Positions 32,765 to 44,334 of a DNA stretch of 64,000 nucleotides are shown one piece after another. The translations under genes were made by a program, and so were the position numbers. The stretch comes from Alphaproteobacteria bacterium (GTDB lineage Bacteria > Pseudomonadota > Alphaproteobacteria > UBA828): the NCBI GenBank assembly GCA_963422645.2, contig CAXXVO010000005.1, positions 288,001 to 352,000 on the forward strand, read 5' to 3'. The notes under the pieces were generated by a model, which worked only from the letters and a program-made list of their open reading frames with translations, had not been told where the DNA came from and did not search any database. Position 1 is the first letter of the stretch, and every line of letters begins with the position of its first letter.

Positions 32765-33343
32765 TCAGGCCTTCTCGACCTGCGCGTATTCCAGCTCGAC
32801 CGGCGTCGCCCGGCCGAAAATCGATACCGCGACCTTGAGCCGCGCCCGCTCCTCGTCGATCTCCTCCACCAGTCCGCTGAAGGAGGTAAAGGGGCCGTCG
32901 CAGACCCGCACGGTCTCGCCGATCTCGAAGATGACCGAGGGCTTCGGCCGCTCGACCCCATCCTTGATCTGCTTCAGCACGCGGTCCGCCTCGTCGTCGC
33001 TGATCGGCACCGGCTTGCCGCCGCTCCCGAGAAAACCGGTCACCTTCGGCGTATTGTTGATCAGGTGCCAGGTTTCGTCGGTCATGCTGATGTGCGCCAG
33101 CACGTAGCCGGGGAAGAACTTGCGCTCCGACTTGACCTTGGCGCCGCGCCGCATCTCGACGACCTCTTCCGAGGGCACCATGACGTCGGCGATCAAGTGA
33201 TCGAGGCCCTGCTGACTGGCCTGCTCGCGGATCGAATGCGCCACCTTCTTCTCGAAGCCCGAGTAGACGTGGACGATGTACCAGTGCCGCGCCGGCCCCT
33301 GGCCGTCATCCATGTGCGCCTCTGCTGCCGGCATGTCCGTCAT
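32765..33343 (-). CDS. nusG: Transcription termination/antitermination factor NusG
   Basis: [24 protein letters not shown] domain, [12 protein letters not shown]. Confidence 0.98.
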   Translation of the reverse strand: MTDMPAAEAHMDDGQGPARHWYIVHVYSGFEKKVAHSIREQASQQGLDHLIADVMVPSEEVVEMRRGAKVKSERKFFPGYVLAHISMTDETWHLINNTPKVTGFLGSGGKPVPISDDEADRVLKQIKDGVERPKPSVIFEIGETVRVCDGPFTSFSGLVEEIDEERARLKVAVSIFGRATPVELEYAQVEKA

Positions 33344-33537
33344 CCGCCGAGCCCCAGAATCGCCCGCACCCCGATGGAGAGCACCTGATCAATCAGGAAG
33401 AAGAAGATTGCCATGATAACCACCATGATCAGCACCATGATGGTGCTGATGACGGTCTCCTTGCGGGTGGGCCATGTGACCTTGCCAATCTCCTGGCGTG
33501 CTTGGCGCAAAAACTCGAGCGGCGGCGTGCGGGCCAT
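33340..33537 (-). CDS. secE: Preprotein translocase subunit SecE
   Basis: [13 protein letters not shown] followed by one TM helix. Confidence 0.96.
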   Translation of the reverse strand: MARTPPLEFLRQARQEIGKVTWPTRKETVISTIMVLIMVVIMAIFFFLIDQVLSIGVRAILGLGG

Positions 33538-33565
33538 GGTCAGCGCCCGCCCCTACCTGCACAGA

Positions 33566-33641
33566 TGGCAGGAGTGGAGGGTCTCGAACCCCCAACCTCC
33601 GGTTTTGGAGACCGGCGCTCTACCAATTGAGCTACACTCCT
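33566..33641 (-). tRNA. tRNA-Trp (CCA)
   Basis: 76 nt; anticodon arm CCGGT-CT-CCA-AA-ACCGG, GGTTCGA T-loop, encoded CCA end. Confidence 0.97.
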
Positions 33642-33675
33642 AATCCGTTTGCGTGCTGCGGCGGGATGCCGCGCT

Positions 33676-34866
<1,191 letters not shown>

Positions 34867-34957
34867 CGGTGTCCCATTCCTCGACCGCCACGTAGTCGCG
34901 GCGGCTAAAAAGACGTCACAAGCCGCGCACCGCTGCTGCGGTGACGGCCCTATACTC

Positions 34958-35031
34958 TGGAGCGGGTGATGGGGATCGAACCCACGTAACCAGCTTGGAA
35001 GGCTGGGGCTCTACCATTGAGCTACACCCGC
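34958..35031 (-). tRNA. tRNA-Gly (TCC)
   Basis: 74 nt; anticodon arm CCAGC-CT-TCC-AA-GCTGG, CCA end. Confidence 0.96.
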
Positions 35032-35082
35032 TCGATCTCAAGTCCCCCGCGCCCTGCGTCGCGCATGCGCGCGCCGCCCGTG

Positions 35083-35168
35083 TGGTGGAGGGGGTAGGAT
35101 TCGAACCTACGTAGACATACGTCGGCAGATTTACAGTCTGCTGCCTTTAACCACTCGGCCACCCCTCC
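35083..35168 (-). tRNA. tRNA-Tyr (GTA)
   Basis: 86 nt with long variable arm; GCAGA-CT-GTA-AA-TCTGC, CCA end. Confidence 0.96.
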
Positions 35169-35355
35169 GCGCCGAGGTGGACGCGCCCAGGACTCGGAAC
35201 GGCGCACTATGAACATCCGCGTTCGATTGTCAACGCCCAAAGGAGCTCTCCGTGACGGCCCACCGCGCCATCGGCCGCGGCGTCAGCGCGCGCCGGGCGG
35301 CCCGAATGCCGGGGCGTCTCGCAAAAGGGATTGAAGTCTTATAATAGGGTGCGTC

Positions 35356-36192
35356 ATGGCACGCAACAGTTCTCGCCGCCCGCGCGAGCGTGGAGCCGGG
35401 CGCCGGCGTACGCATCAGGAGCAACGCGCCCAGGCGCGACCCCGTCGCGAGCGGCTCTATGGCACCCATGCCGTGGCCGCCGCGCTCTCCAACCCGAGCC
35501 GCCGCTGCCATCGGCTGATCGTGACCGAGGAGGGAGCTGCGCTGCTCGCCGAGCGAACCGACTTCCGAATGCTTCCGCTCGCCGCCCGTGCCTTGCTCGA
35601 AGCGCCGCAGATCGTCTCGCGCCAGGATGTCGCCGCCCTGTTGCCGGAGGGCACCGTTCATCAGGGCATCGTGCTCGAGACGGCGCCGCTGCCGGCGGTC
35701 GACCTCGCTTCTGCCTGCCGCGGCGTGGTGCAGAGGGCGGAGGGCGCGCGCATCGTGGTCGTGCTCGACCAGGTAACGGATCCGCACAACGTCGGCGCGA
35801 TTCTGCGCTCGGCGGCGGCCTTCGCGGTGGGGGCCGTCGTGGTTCAGGACCGGCATTCGCCGCAGGGCGCCGGCGCGCTCGCCAAGGCGGCGTCCGGCGC
35901 GCTGGAGACGGTGCCGCTTGCCCGGGTCGTCAACATCGCGCGCGCCCTTATCGTGCTGAAAGAGCTGGGGTTCTGGTGCCTCGGCCTCGACCATGACGCG
36001 CTCGAGCCGCTCAGGGCCGTCAGCGTGAAGGCGCCGCTCGCGCTCGTGCTGGGCGCCGAAGGCCAGGGCATGCGCCGGCTCACTCGCGAGCGCTGCGATT
36101 CGACCGCGAGCATCCCCATGCCGGGCTCGATGGCGAGCCTCAACGTCTCCAACGGCGCCGCCATCGCGCTCTACGAAGTTTCGCGGCAATGA
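35356..36192 (+). CDS. rlmB: 23S rRNA 2'-O-methyltransferase, SpoU/RlmB family
   Basis: LDQVTDPHNVGAILRS, LGAEGQG, SLNVSN; divergent from tRNA-Tyr. Confidence 0.92.
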   Translation: MARNSSRRPRERGAGRRRTHQEQRAQARPRRERLYGTHAVAAALSNPSRRCHRLIVTEEGAALLAERTDFRMLPLAARALLEAPQIVSRQDVAALLPEGTVHQGIVLETAPLPAVDLASACRGVVQRAEGARIVVVLDQVTDPHNVGAILRSAAAFAVGAVVVQDRHSPQGAGALAKAASGALETVPLARVVNIARALIVLKELGFWCLGLDHDALEPLRAVSVKAPLALVLGAEGQGMRRLTRERCDSTASIPMPGSMASLNVSNGAAIALYEVSRQ

Positions 36193-36313
36193 GCGGGGCG
36201 ACTGGAAAGGAACGCCGGGCGCGGCAGCGCGGCGCCCTTCGCCTTGACTCGGCTGGCAGGCCGCGCTTGATAGCGGGTCTTCCATGATCGCGCGCGCCTG
36301 CAGCGGCCGATCG

Positions 36314-36389
36314 GCCGGCGTAGCTCAACTGGTAGAGCACTTGATTTGTAATCAAGGGGTTGCGGGTTCGAGTCCTGCCGCCGGCACCA
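36314..36389 (+). tRNA. tRNA-Thr (TGT)
   Basis: 76 nt; CTTGA-TT-TGT-AA-TCAAG, GGTTCGAGTCC, CCA end. Confidence 0.96.
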
Positions 36390-36435
36390 ATCGAGTTGGG
36401 CTGCGGAACGCCGCCGCCCGCGCCACGGATCCAGC

Positions 36436-37659
36436 ATGGTCAGCGCCGCTGCCCTGATCGTCGCCGCCGGGCGCGGCCACCGGGTCGGCGGGCCCCTGCC
36501 CAAGCAGTACCGCCAGCTCGCGGGGCGCGCGGTGCTGGGCCACAGCATGCAACGCTTCGCGACCCACCCGGGCATCGACAGGGTCAGGGTGGTGATCAAC
36601 CCCGCCGACCAGTCCCTCTATGACGAGGCGGTGCGCGAAAGTGGCGGTGTGGCTGGCGGCGCGCTGCTCGCGCCGGTGGCCGGCGGCGAGACCCGGCAGG
36701 ACTCCGTGCGAAAGGGCCTGGAAAGCCTGGCGGACGCACCGCCCGACCTGGTGCTGATCCACGACGGCGCGCGGCCCCTGGTTTCCGCCGCCGTGATTGA
36801 CGGCGCGCTCGATGCGCTCGAAGGCCACGACGGGTCGCTGCCTGCGCTCGCGGTGAGCGACAGCCTCAAGCGGGCGGCGCCGAGCGGTGCCGTGATTGCG
36901 GGCGCGGTGCCGCGCGAGGGGCTCTGGCGCGCCCAGACCCCGCAGGGCTTCCGCTATCCCGCCATCCTTGACGCCCACCGCGCTGCGGCCGGCAGCGCGC
37001 TGACCGACGATGCCGCGGTGGCCGAGCAGGCCGGGCTCTCCGTGGCGCTCAGCCCCGGCGACGAGGACAACCTCAAAATTACCACCGAGCAGGATTTCGC
37101 CCGTGCCGAGCGCATCCTGGCGGCGCAGGGTGCGCGCGACGTCGCTACTGTGGCCGCATTCGAAACCCGCGTCGGCATGGGCTTCGACGTCCACCGCTTC
37201 GGCCCCGGCGACCACCTCATGCTGGGCGGCGTGGCGGTGCCGCACGCCCAGGGCGTGGTCAGCCACTCCGACGGCGACGTTGTGCTCCACGCCATCGTCG
37301 ACGCGCTGCTGGGCGCCTTGGCGGCGGGCGATATCGGCACCCACTTCCCGCCCTTCGACGAGGCCTGGCGGGACGCCGAGTCCGCGCGCTTCGTAACCCA
37401 TGCGCTGAAGCTCATGGCGGAGCGCGGCGGCCTCCTCAGCCATGTGGATGTCACGGTGATCTGTCAGCGGCCCAAGATCGGCCCGCACCGTGAGGCCATG
37501 ATGGCGCGGCTCGCCACTCTTCTGGGCTTGGACCCTGCCCGCATCAGCCTCAAGGCGACCACGACCGAGCACCTCGGCTTCACCGGACGTGGCGAGGGCA
37601 TCGCTGCCCAGGCAGTCGCCACGGTCCGACTGCCCATCGAGAGCGGAAATGACCGCTGA
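36436..37659 (+). CDS. ispDF: Bifunctional IspD/IspF (MEP pathway)
   Basis: AAGRG..PKQY, IHDGARP, GFDVHRF, HSDGDV, KATTTE. Confidence 0.96.
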   Translation: MVSAAALIVAAGRGHRVGGPLPKQYRQLAGRAVLGHSMQRFATHPGIDRVRVVINPADQSLYDEAVRESGGVAGGALLAPVAGGETRQDSVRKGLESLADAPPDLVLIHDGARPLVSAAVIDGALDALEGHDGSLPALAVSDSLKRAAPSGAVIAGAVPREGLWRAQTPQGFRYPAILDAHRAAAGSALTDDAAVAEQAGLSVALSPGDEDNLKITTEQDFARAERILAAQGARDVATVAAFETRVGMGFDVHRFGPGDHLMLGGVAVPHAQGVVSHSDGDVVLHAIVDALLGALAAGDIGTHFPPFDEAWRDAESARFVTHALKLMAERGGLLSHVDVTVICQRPKIGPHREAMMARLATLLGLDPARISLKATTTEHLGFTGRGEGIAAQAVATVRLPIESGNDR

Positions 37660-38134
37660 GGCGGAGCCGGCCCGCTTCAACCTGCGCGATCCGGCGGCCC
37701 TGATCGCGACATGCTTCGGCGCGGGCCTCGTCCGCTGGGCGCCGGGAACGGTGGCGTCGGCATTGGCGCTGCCTCTAGCCTGGCTGCTCAGGACCTACAC
37801 CGGCATGCTTGGCCTCGCCATCGCGACCCTCGTGCTCATCGTGATCGGCATCTGGGCTGCCGGCGCCTACGAGCGCCGCACCGGGACCCGAGACTCATCG
37901 GCAATCGTGATCGACGAGGTCGCGGGTCAGTTCGTGGCCCTGCTGCTGGTGCCGCCGACGATTGCCGTCTACGCGGTGGGCTTCGTGCTGTTCCGCCTGT
38001 TCGACGTGGTGAAGCCCTGGCCGATCAGCCTGCTCGACCGGCGCGTGAAGGGCGGGCTCGGCGTGATGCTGGATGACGTCGTCGCCGGCGCCCTGGCGGC
38101 GGTCCTGCTCTGGAACGTCTGGATATGGCTGTGA
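37649..38134 (+). CDS. pgpA: Phosphatidylglycerophosphatase A
   Basis: [32 protein letters not shown]. Confidence 0.93.
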   Translation: MTAEAEPARFNLRDPAALIATCFGAGLVRWAPGTVASALALPLAWLLRTYTGMLGLAIATLVLIVIGIWAAGAYERRTGTRDSSAIVIDEVAGQFVALLLVPPTIAVYAVGFVLFRLFDVVKPWPISLLDRRVKGGLGVMLDDVVAGALAAVLLWNVWIWL

Positions 38135-38631
38135 CCTTCCCTGCGGACATCATCGAGCGGGCCGAGCGGGTGCTCTCGCTCTGCCGCACGAAGGGCCTGC
38201 GCGTCGCGACGGCGGAATCCTGCACCGGCGGGCTGATCGCCGCTTGCCTGACCGAGATCGCAGGCTCATCGGATGTCGTGGACCGCGGCTTCGTGACCTA
38301 TGCCAACGAGGCCAAGCGGGACCTGCTGGGCGTGCCCGACGAGCTGCTGATGCGCGTGGGCGCGGTCAGCGAGGAGGTGGCGCGGGCGATGGCGGAAGGC
38401 GCGCTCGCCCGCTCCGACGCCACCCTCGCGGTCGCGGTGACCGGCATCGCAGGGCCCGGCGGGGGAACCGCGGCCAAGCCGGTCGGCCTGGTGCACCACG
38501 CCTGCGCCGGGCCGGGCGGCGCGCTCCTTCACCGGCGCGTGGTCTACGCTGGAGATCGCGGCGCGGTCCGCCTGGCAACCGTCGCGACCTCGCTCGACAT
38601 GCTGATCGACGGTACCGAAGGGAGGACTTAG
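38125..38631 (+). CDS. cinA: CinA C-terminal domain protein (NMN deamidase PncC family)
   Basis: ATAESCTGGLIA, GAVSEEVARAMA, TGIAGPGGG..KPVG. Confidence 0.93.
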   Translation: MAVTFPADIIERAERVLSLCRTKGLRVATAESCTGGLIAACLTEIAGSSDVVDRGFVTYANEAKRDLLGVPDELLMRVGAVSEEVARAMAEGALARSDATLAVAVTGIAGPGGGTAAKPVGLVHHACAGPGGALLHRRVVYAGDRGAVRLATVATSLDMLIDGTEGRT

Positions 38632-38635
38632 CGCC

Positions 38636-39808
38636 CTGGCGGCGAGCGAAACGACCACTCCTCCGGACGCGCGCGACGCGATCCTCGCTCGCGCCCGCTC
38701 GCTCGGGTTCCAGGCCGTGGGCGTGGCCAGTGCCGACGATGCGCCGGCGGACGGCGAGGGGCTCCAGAAGTTTCTGCGCCTGGGCTACGCCGGGGACATG
38801 GCGTGGCTGCCCCGCACCGCCGAGCGACGCGCCGCCCCCCGCGCGCTCTGGCCCGAGGCGCGCAGCATCGTGGTGGTGGGCCTGAACTACGGCCCGGCGC
38901 ACGACCCGCTGCGTCTGCTGGCCACGCGCACGCGGGGCATCGTCTCGGCCTATGCGCAAGGGCGCGACTACCACGACGTGCTCAAGCGCCGGCTCCGGCG
39001 GCTCGCGCGCTTCGTCGCAGACACCTTCGGCGCCGAGGTGAAGCTCTTCGTGGACACGGCGCCGGTGATGGAGAAGCCGCTTGCGGCCCGCGCTGGGCTC
39101 GGCTGGCAGGGAAAGCACACCAACCTCGTCTCCCGCCGCCACGGCTCGTGGCTCTTCCTCGGTGAGCTGTTCACGACCCTCGACCTCGCGCCCGACGAGC
39201 CCGAGGCCGATTACTGCGGCTCCTGCCGCCAGTGCCTCGACATCTGCCCGACCGACGCCTTCCCCGCGCCCTACCGGCTCGATGCCAGGCGCTGCATCTC
39301 GTACCTCACCATCGAGCACAAGGGCCACATCGCGCCCGAGTTCCGCGAGGCCATGGGCAACAGGATCTATGGCTGCGACGATTGTCTCGCGGTCTGTCCG
39401 TGGAACAAGTTCGCCCGCCGGACCGAGGAGTACGCCTTTCTGCCGCGCGCTGAGCTGACGGCGCCCCGGCTTGCCGACCTCGCCGCGCTGGACGACAGGA
39501 CCTTCAGGACCGTCTTCTCAGGCAGCCCGATCAAGCGCACTGGGCGCGACCGCTTTGTGCGCAACGTGCTGATCGCCATCGGCAATAGCGGGGATGCCGC
39601 ACTTTGGCCGGCGGCCCGGCGGCTGCTCGGCGACCCCTCGCCCCTGGTACGGGCCATGGCTGTGTGGGCGTCGCGGCGGCTCGCGCCAGCGGCCGCTTTC
39701 GCCGCACTCCGCGCCCGCCACGCACCCGTCGAGCGCGACCCTGCCGTCTTGGCGGAATGGCAGGGTGCGGGGCCCCCGTCGGGGTGTTCCGGTCACGCCC
39801 GACCATGA
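38636..39808 (+). CDS. queG: Epoxyqueuosine reductase
   Basis: YAQGRDYH, FVDTAPVMEK, CGSCRQCLDICP, GCDDCLAVCPWN; homology extends upstream of GTG 38717 to a CTG at 38636. Confidence 0.93.
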   Translation: MAASETTTPPDARDAILARARSLGFQAVGVASADDAPADGEGLQKFLRLGYAGDMAWLPRTAERRAAPRALWPEARSIVVVGLNYGPAHDPLRLLATRTRGIVSAYAQGRDYHDVLKRRLRRLARFVADTFGAEVKLFVDTAPVMEKPLAARAGLGWQGKHTNLVSRRHGSWLFLGELFTTLDLAPDEPEADYCGSCRQCLDICPTDAFPAPYRLDARRCISYLTIEHKGHIAPEFREAMGNRIYGCDDCLAVCPWNKFARRTEEYAFLPRAELTAPRLADLAALDDRTFRTVFSGSPIKRTGRDRFVRNVLIAIGNSGDAALWPAARRLLGDPSPLVRAMAVWASRRLAPAAAFAALRARHAPVERDPAVLAEWQGAGPPSGCSGHARP

Positions 39809-40698
39809 CGACGGCACATGACAAGGGGCTGTTCTGCTTCGGCTACGGGTTCAGCGCCTCGGCCTTGGGCGAACTGCTCGGCCCCGCCGGCTGGTCCCTC
39901 GCCGGCACCGGCCGAAGGGCCGAGGGTTGCGGCGCGCTGGCGGAAGCGGGCGTCGACACCGTCCCCTTCTCACGCGAGGCGCCGCTTGCGCACCCGGCGC
40001 GGAACCTCGCCGGCGCGACACATATCCTCCTCTCGATCCCGCCCGATGCGGAGGGCGATCCCGCGCTCGACTGCCACGGCGCCGATATTGCCGCCATCGA
40101 GGGCCTGGAATGGATCGGCTATCTCTCCACCACGGGGGTCTACGGCGATAGCGGCGGCGCCTGGGTGGATGAGAGCGCCGCACCTTCGCCCACCGGCACG
40201 CGCGGCAAGCGCAGGCTCGAAGCGGAACGGGGCTGGCTCGCCCTCGGCGAGGATCACGGGCTTGCCGTGCAGGTCTTTCGTCTGGCCGGAATCTATGGGC
40301 CGGGCCGCAACGCGCTGGCCACCGTGAGGCGCGGCGAGGCCAAGCGCATCGCGAAGCCGGGGCAGGTCTTCTCCCGCATTCATGTGGCCGACATCGCACA
40401 GGTGCTGGCCGCCTCCATCGCCAAGCCCCGCGCAGGGGCCATCTATAATGTGTGCGACGACGAGCCGGCGCCCGCGGCGGACGTCGTCGCGCACGCCTGC
40501 GCCTTGCTGGGCGTCGCGCCACCGCCGCTCATGCCCCTGGAGGACGCGGACCTCTCGCCAATGGCGCGGAGCTTCTACGCCGACAGCCGGCGGGTCTCCA
40601 ACGACCGCATCAAGAAAGAGCTGGGCGTCACGCTGCGTTATCCGAATTATCGCGCCGGTCTTGCCGCCTTGCTCGCCGAGGAGGCGGGTGCGCCCTAG
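39805..40698 (+). CDS. NAD(P)-dependent epimerase/dehydratase (atypical SDR)
   Basis: FGYGFSA, YLSTTGVYGD, FRLAGIYGPGR, SRIHVADI. Confidence 0.9.
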   Translation: MTTAHDKGLFCFGYGFSASALGELLGPAGWSLAGTGRRAEGCGALAEAGVDTVPFSREAPLAHPARNLAGATHILLSIPPDAEGDPALDCHGADIAAIEGLEWIGYLSTTGVYGDSGGAWVDESAAPSPTGTRGKRRLEAERGWLALGEDHGLAVQVFRLAGIYGPGRNALATVRRGEAKRIAKPGQVFSRIHVADIAQVLAASIAKPRAGAIYNVCDDEPAPAADVVAHACALLGVAPPPLMPLEDADLSPMARSFYADSRRVSNDRIKKELGVTLRYPNYRAGLAALLAEEAGAP

Positions 40699-40848
40699 TG
40701 CCCCGGCGGGTGGCGCAGACGACGGCAAGAGTCGATAATGGCGCGCGAACGCGCTCGTCGCTTGGGGTCAGGGCCGAGAGTCAGCGCCGGGACGGATGGT
40801 CTCTTGGCTGTCGCGCGTGCTGGCCGGCCGCCACGCGGGAGGCATCCG

Positions 40849-41889
40849 ATGCATCCTCTCATTCGCTCTCTTCTGGTTGTCATCGCTACCGCCGGCTTCG
40901 CGTCGGGCGACATCCTGAGCGATTCCGGCAATGCAACCCTGGCTCAGGATCTGGCGCCGGTGCAGGTGTCGCTCGCCGGCGAAGCGGGCGAGGCCGCAGT
41001 CGCCGCGCACCGCAGCGTCCTCGCCGCCGAGCGCCTGTCCGACTGGGAGCGACCGGTCGGGCAATGGCATAGCTTCGTCCTGACGCACACCAGCCGGCGC
41101 GCGGTCGATGCTCCGCCGCGCCTCGGCGAGGCGCACGCCGATGAGCACGCCGTGACTCTAGGCTTTGGCCAGGGGCCCGAGACCAACTGCTGGTGGGGCG
41201 TCGCGCTGAGCCTGGGCCGCCACGACAATACCGTCTCGAATGCCCGCCTGGAGGGCGACACGGCCGTCGGCTCGCTCTACGGGACCTGGGGGCAGGGCGG
41301 ATTCTACGCGGGCGGCGGACTGCAACTGGGCAGGACCGGGCTGGACATCGAGCGCTCGATGACCCTTGGGTCCGCGGTAAGCACCGAGCGCGGCTCGACG
41401 GTGGCGCGTCAGGTCGGCCTCGATCTCATTCTCGGCTGGACGATGGGTGAGATGGGAGGGGCCCGCCACGGCCCGGAGCTCGGCCTCTCCTGGCTCGATC
41501 AAGAGGTGAGGAGCTATCGCGAAAAGGGAGCCTCTCCCACCGCCATGAACTTCTCCGAGTTCGAGCGGAACTCCCTCGTCGCCCGCGCCAGCTACCGGAT
41601 CACGTTCGAGGCGGGCTCGGAGAGCCTCGGCATTCGCCCTTACGCCGCCGTCGCCTACGAGACGGCGCTCGACGGCGATCCCGTTGCGGTCACGGCAGGC
41701 TCCAACACCATGGCGGGGCAGTTCACGGCGGAAGGGTTTGTGCCGCCCGAGTCCTGGCTAAGCGTCGATCTCGGCGTTTCCATGAGCTTCGGCGGGCAGG
41801 CGAGCGCGGTCCTGGGCTACTCAGGCCGCACCGGCGACGGCTCCCGCAGCGACCACCTCGTGAACGTGGGCCTGCGCGTCGCGTTTTAG
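40849..41889 (+). CDS. Autotransporter beta-barrel domain protein lacking a passenger
   Basis: Signal peptide, short helix, amphipathic beta-strands, terminal ...VGLRVAF (OMP Phe motif). Confidence 0.8.
   Translation: MHPLIRSLLVVIATAGFASGDILSDSGNATLAQDLAPVQVSLAGEAGEAAVAAHRSVLAAERLSDWERPVGQWHSFVLTHTSRRAVDAPPRLGEAHADEHAVTLGFGQGPETNCWWGVALSLGRHDNTVSNARLEGDTAVGSLYGTWGQGGFYAGGGLQLGRTGLDIERSMTLGSAVSTERGSTVARQVGLDLILGWTMGEMGGARHGPELGLSWLDQEVRSYREKGASPTAMNFSEFERNSLVARASYRITFEAGSESLGIRPYAAVAYETALDGDPVAVTAGSNTMAGQFTAEGFVPPESWLSVDLGVSMSFGGQASAVLGYSGRTGDGSRSDHLVNVGLRVAF
41796..41833 (+). repeat. 38-bp direct repeat, copy 1
   Basis: GCAGGCGAGCGCGGTCCTGGGCTACTCAGGCCGCACCG, identical to 44179-44216. Confidence 0.92.
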
Positions 41890-41932
41890 TGCGAGGCGCC
41901 GGCCCCCGATTCACTGCTCAAACTCGACGCCC

Positions 41933-41957
41933 CCGGGGGAGCCGAAGTCTCCCCCGG
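41933..41957. terminator. GC-rich hairpin between convergent genes (possible terminator)
   Basis: CCGGGGGAG-N7-CTCCCCCGG; no clear U-tract. Confidence 0.45.
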
Positions 41958-41978
41958 AGCGCCTGATAACGCCTGCGC

Positions 41979-42992
41979 CTAGCGCAGGTCGGCCTCGAAG
42001 ACCCGCCGCTTCACCGCTTCGATGTTGACCGAACTGATGACGGCAGGGCCGGTCAGGATATTGCTCGAGGGAATCATGCCCCAATCGAGATAGGTGCGGG
42101 CGAGCACCGCCGGCAAATACCCCTGCAAGTACATCAGCTGATCGATACCGCCGATCGCCTCGCCCGAAGCGACCGCTTCCAGCTGCTCAGGCGATACGTC
42201 GAAGGTCGTCAACGTGATGTCGTCGGTGCGCTCCTCGCGTCTTACGACCGCCAGCGCGGCGCCGAACGATGCCGGCCCGGCATCCATCGCGAAGATGGCG
42301 TCCGTGTCGGGATTGGCGGTGAGGTAGTTGGATATCGTCGCCTCGGTGACGCTGATGTCGAGCGAGACCGGGATCACCTCTCCGGGCGCGCCCGAGCCTT
42401 CGTTCATCCCGTCAAGGAAGCCCCGGCACATGGCGTCGAGGCCGACATGCCCTGGCGCGTTATGCAAGCACAGCGCCCGCTTTGCGTCGGGACGCTCGGC
42501 AAGCACGAGCGCCGATGCTTCCTTGCCGCTGAGGTACATGTCTGCACCGATATAGAGCAGATAGGGAACGCGCTCGCCACGCGGCGCCGGATCCTCGACG
42601 TTGATGGCGATGACCGGAATCCCGTCGGCAGCGGCCTTCTCGAGCGTAGGCCGCATGGTGACGGGGTCGGTTGCAGTGATCACAAGCAGGTCCGGCCTCT
42701 CGGCGACCGCGGCTTCCATGCGGTTGACCGTGTCTTCGATGCTGAAGGTGTCGGACTGGGTCCACTTCATCCTGAGGCAATTGTCCGCCGCGCCGCGCAC
42801 CGCGCCCCGACGCACCGTCTCCCATACCGGATGCGGGATGGCATGAGTGGCATAATAAATGAAGTGCTCGGTGCGACCCTCGCAGGAGTCGGCAGCGTCG
42901 GCGACCTGCGGGACGCCGGCGATGAGGCCGAGCGACAAGACGGCCGCGCCGAGCGCGGCGGTTAAGAGTTTCCTGGCATTCGGGCGTTTCAT
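41979..42992 (-). CDS. Sugar ABC transporter substrate-binding protein (RbsB-like)
   Basis: Signal peptide; GIPVIAIN, YIGADMY, IDQLMYLQGY. Confidence 0.92.
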   Translation of the reverse strand: MKRPNARKLLTAALGAAVLSLGLIAGVPQVADAADSCEGRTEHFIYYATHAIPHPVWETVRRGAVRGAADNCLRMKWTQSDTFSIEDTVNRMEAAVAERPDLLVITATDPVTMRPTLEKAAADGIPVIAINVEDPAPRGERVPYLLYIGADMYLSGKEASALVLAERPDAKRALCLHNAPGHVGLDAMCRGFLDGMNEGSGAPGEVIPVSLDISVTEATISNYLTANPDTDAIFAMDAGPASFGAALAVVRREERTDDITLTTFDVSPEQLEAVASGEAIGGIDQLMYLQGYLPAVLARTYLDWGMIPSSNILTGPAVISSVNIEAVKRRVFEADLR

Positions 42993-43076
42993 TATTTCCT
43001 CCCTGGTTGGGACGGCCGAGAACGGCGAGGTCTCGCCATCGTCGGCGGGCCCGGATTGCGCCGCACTACGCTCCCC

Positions 43077-44099
43077 TTATGCATGCAGGCGCTTGCGCAC
43101 CATCAGGTTTATGACCGCGGCGGCGATCAGCAAAATGCCGATCCCGGCACGATACCAGTAGACCTGGACACCGAGAAGTATGAGGCCCTGCTGCACCATG
43201 GCGACAATCAGAACCCCCAACGCTGCGCCGACGATGCTGCCGTAGCCGCCGGTGAGCGACGCGCCGCCGATAACGACCGCCAGAACGACCTCCAGCTCCA
43301 TGCTCTGGCCGCGCAGACCGTCCGTGCTGGAAAAGCGTGCCACCGAGATGAAGCCGGCAAAGGCGGCCATCATGGAGCACAACATGAACGCCGTGACCTG
43401 AGTGCGCACCGTGTGGATTCCCACGGCAACGGCAGACTGCACATTGCCGCCCACGGCGTAGATGTGGTTGCCGAAGCGGTGCCGCACCAAGACGATATGA
43501 AAGACGAGGACGAGGACGATGAACCAGAAGAACGGCCCCTGGAGCCAACCGTTGGGCGGCGGCCCCCAGATGAAGTCGAAGGCTTCCAGGAAGGAGTGCT
43601 TGGCGTTGAGCCGAATTGGAAAGCCGCCGGTTAGCGCCAGCAGGCAACCGCGATAGAACATCAAGGCGCCCAGGGTGATGATCAAGGAGTGAATACCGAG
43701 CTTGGTCACCAGAAGACCGTTGACGGCGCCGATGGCGAGACCCGCGATCAAGGTGATGACGAGAACGGCGGGCGCATCGACGCCCGCGTTCAGAAGCGTG
43801 AGCGCGATGCCGGACGCGAGGCCGTAGACCGAGCCGACGGAGAGGTCGAACTGTCCCGCTATCATCAGCAGGCCGACGCCGACCGCGAGGATGCCGAGCG
43901 TCGCCGAGCTCAACATGACCGTGCCGATGACGCGATCGCTGAAGAAATGCGGCGAGGCGAGCGAGAAGAACACGAAGACGACGATGGCCGCGGCGAAGGC
44001 GCCGGTCTCCGGCCGCGCCAGGTTGCGTACGAGCCAGCTACGCTGACGGCGCCTGCTGAGCGCCGCTGAGGATTGCTCGAGTGGCGCTTCAGTCGGCAT
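43077..44099 (-). CDS. Sugar ABC transporter permease (RbsC-like)
   Basis: GQFDLSVGS, FGNHIYAVGGN, ELEVVLAVVIGGASLTGGYGS. Confidence 0.93.
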   Translation of the reverse strand: MPTEAPLEQSSAALSRRRQRSWLVRNLARPETGAFAAAIVVFVFFSLASPHFFSDRVIGTVMLSSATLGILAVGVGLLMIAGQFDLSVGSVYGLASGIALTLLNAGVDAPAVLVITLIAGLAIGAVNGLLVTKLGIHSLIITLGALMFYRGCLLALTGGFPIRLNAKHSFLEAFDFIWGPPPNGWLQGPFFWFIVLVLVFHIVLVRHRFGNHIYAVGGNVQSAVAVGIHTVRTQVTAFMLCSMMAAFAGFISVARFSSTDGLRGQSMELEVVLAVVIGGASLTGGYGSIVGAALGVLIVAMVQQGLILLGVQVYWYRAGIGILLIAAAVINLMVRKRLHA

Positions 44100-44178
44100 G
44101 CCGCCGCCTCCCCCGCCTCGCCTCCTTCGCCTTGCGGGCATTCTGGAGCGTTCCGACCCGAGTGACCAGCCTCAGCGC

Positions 44179-44216
44179 GCAGGCGAGCGCGGTCCTGGGC
44201 TACTCAGGCCGCACCG
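44179..44216 (+). repeat. 38-bp direct repeat, copy 2
   Basis: Identical to 41796-41833 (3' part of the autotransporter gene). Confidence 0.92.
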
Positions 44217-44334
44217 CCGAGAGCCAAACCTGCTTCACTGCTGCAGGATATGACCGCGTGTGAGCGGAAAGTGCTTCAACCGAAGCCTTGCCGTCCATGA
44301 ATACCTATCCATACCCCAAACCATTCCGGAATTA

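Noticed and set aside
36314-36389. tRNAs as island attachment sites
   Set aside because: I found no duplicated tRNA 3' end in the window, and all four tRNAs sit in backbone context.
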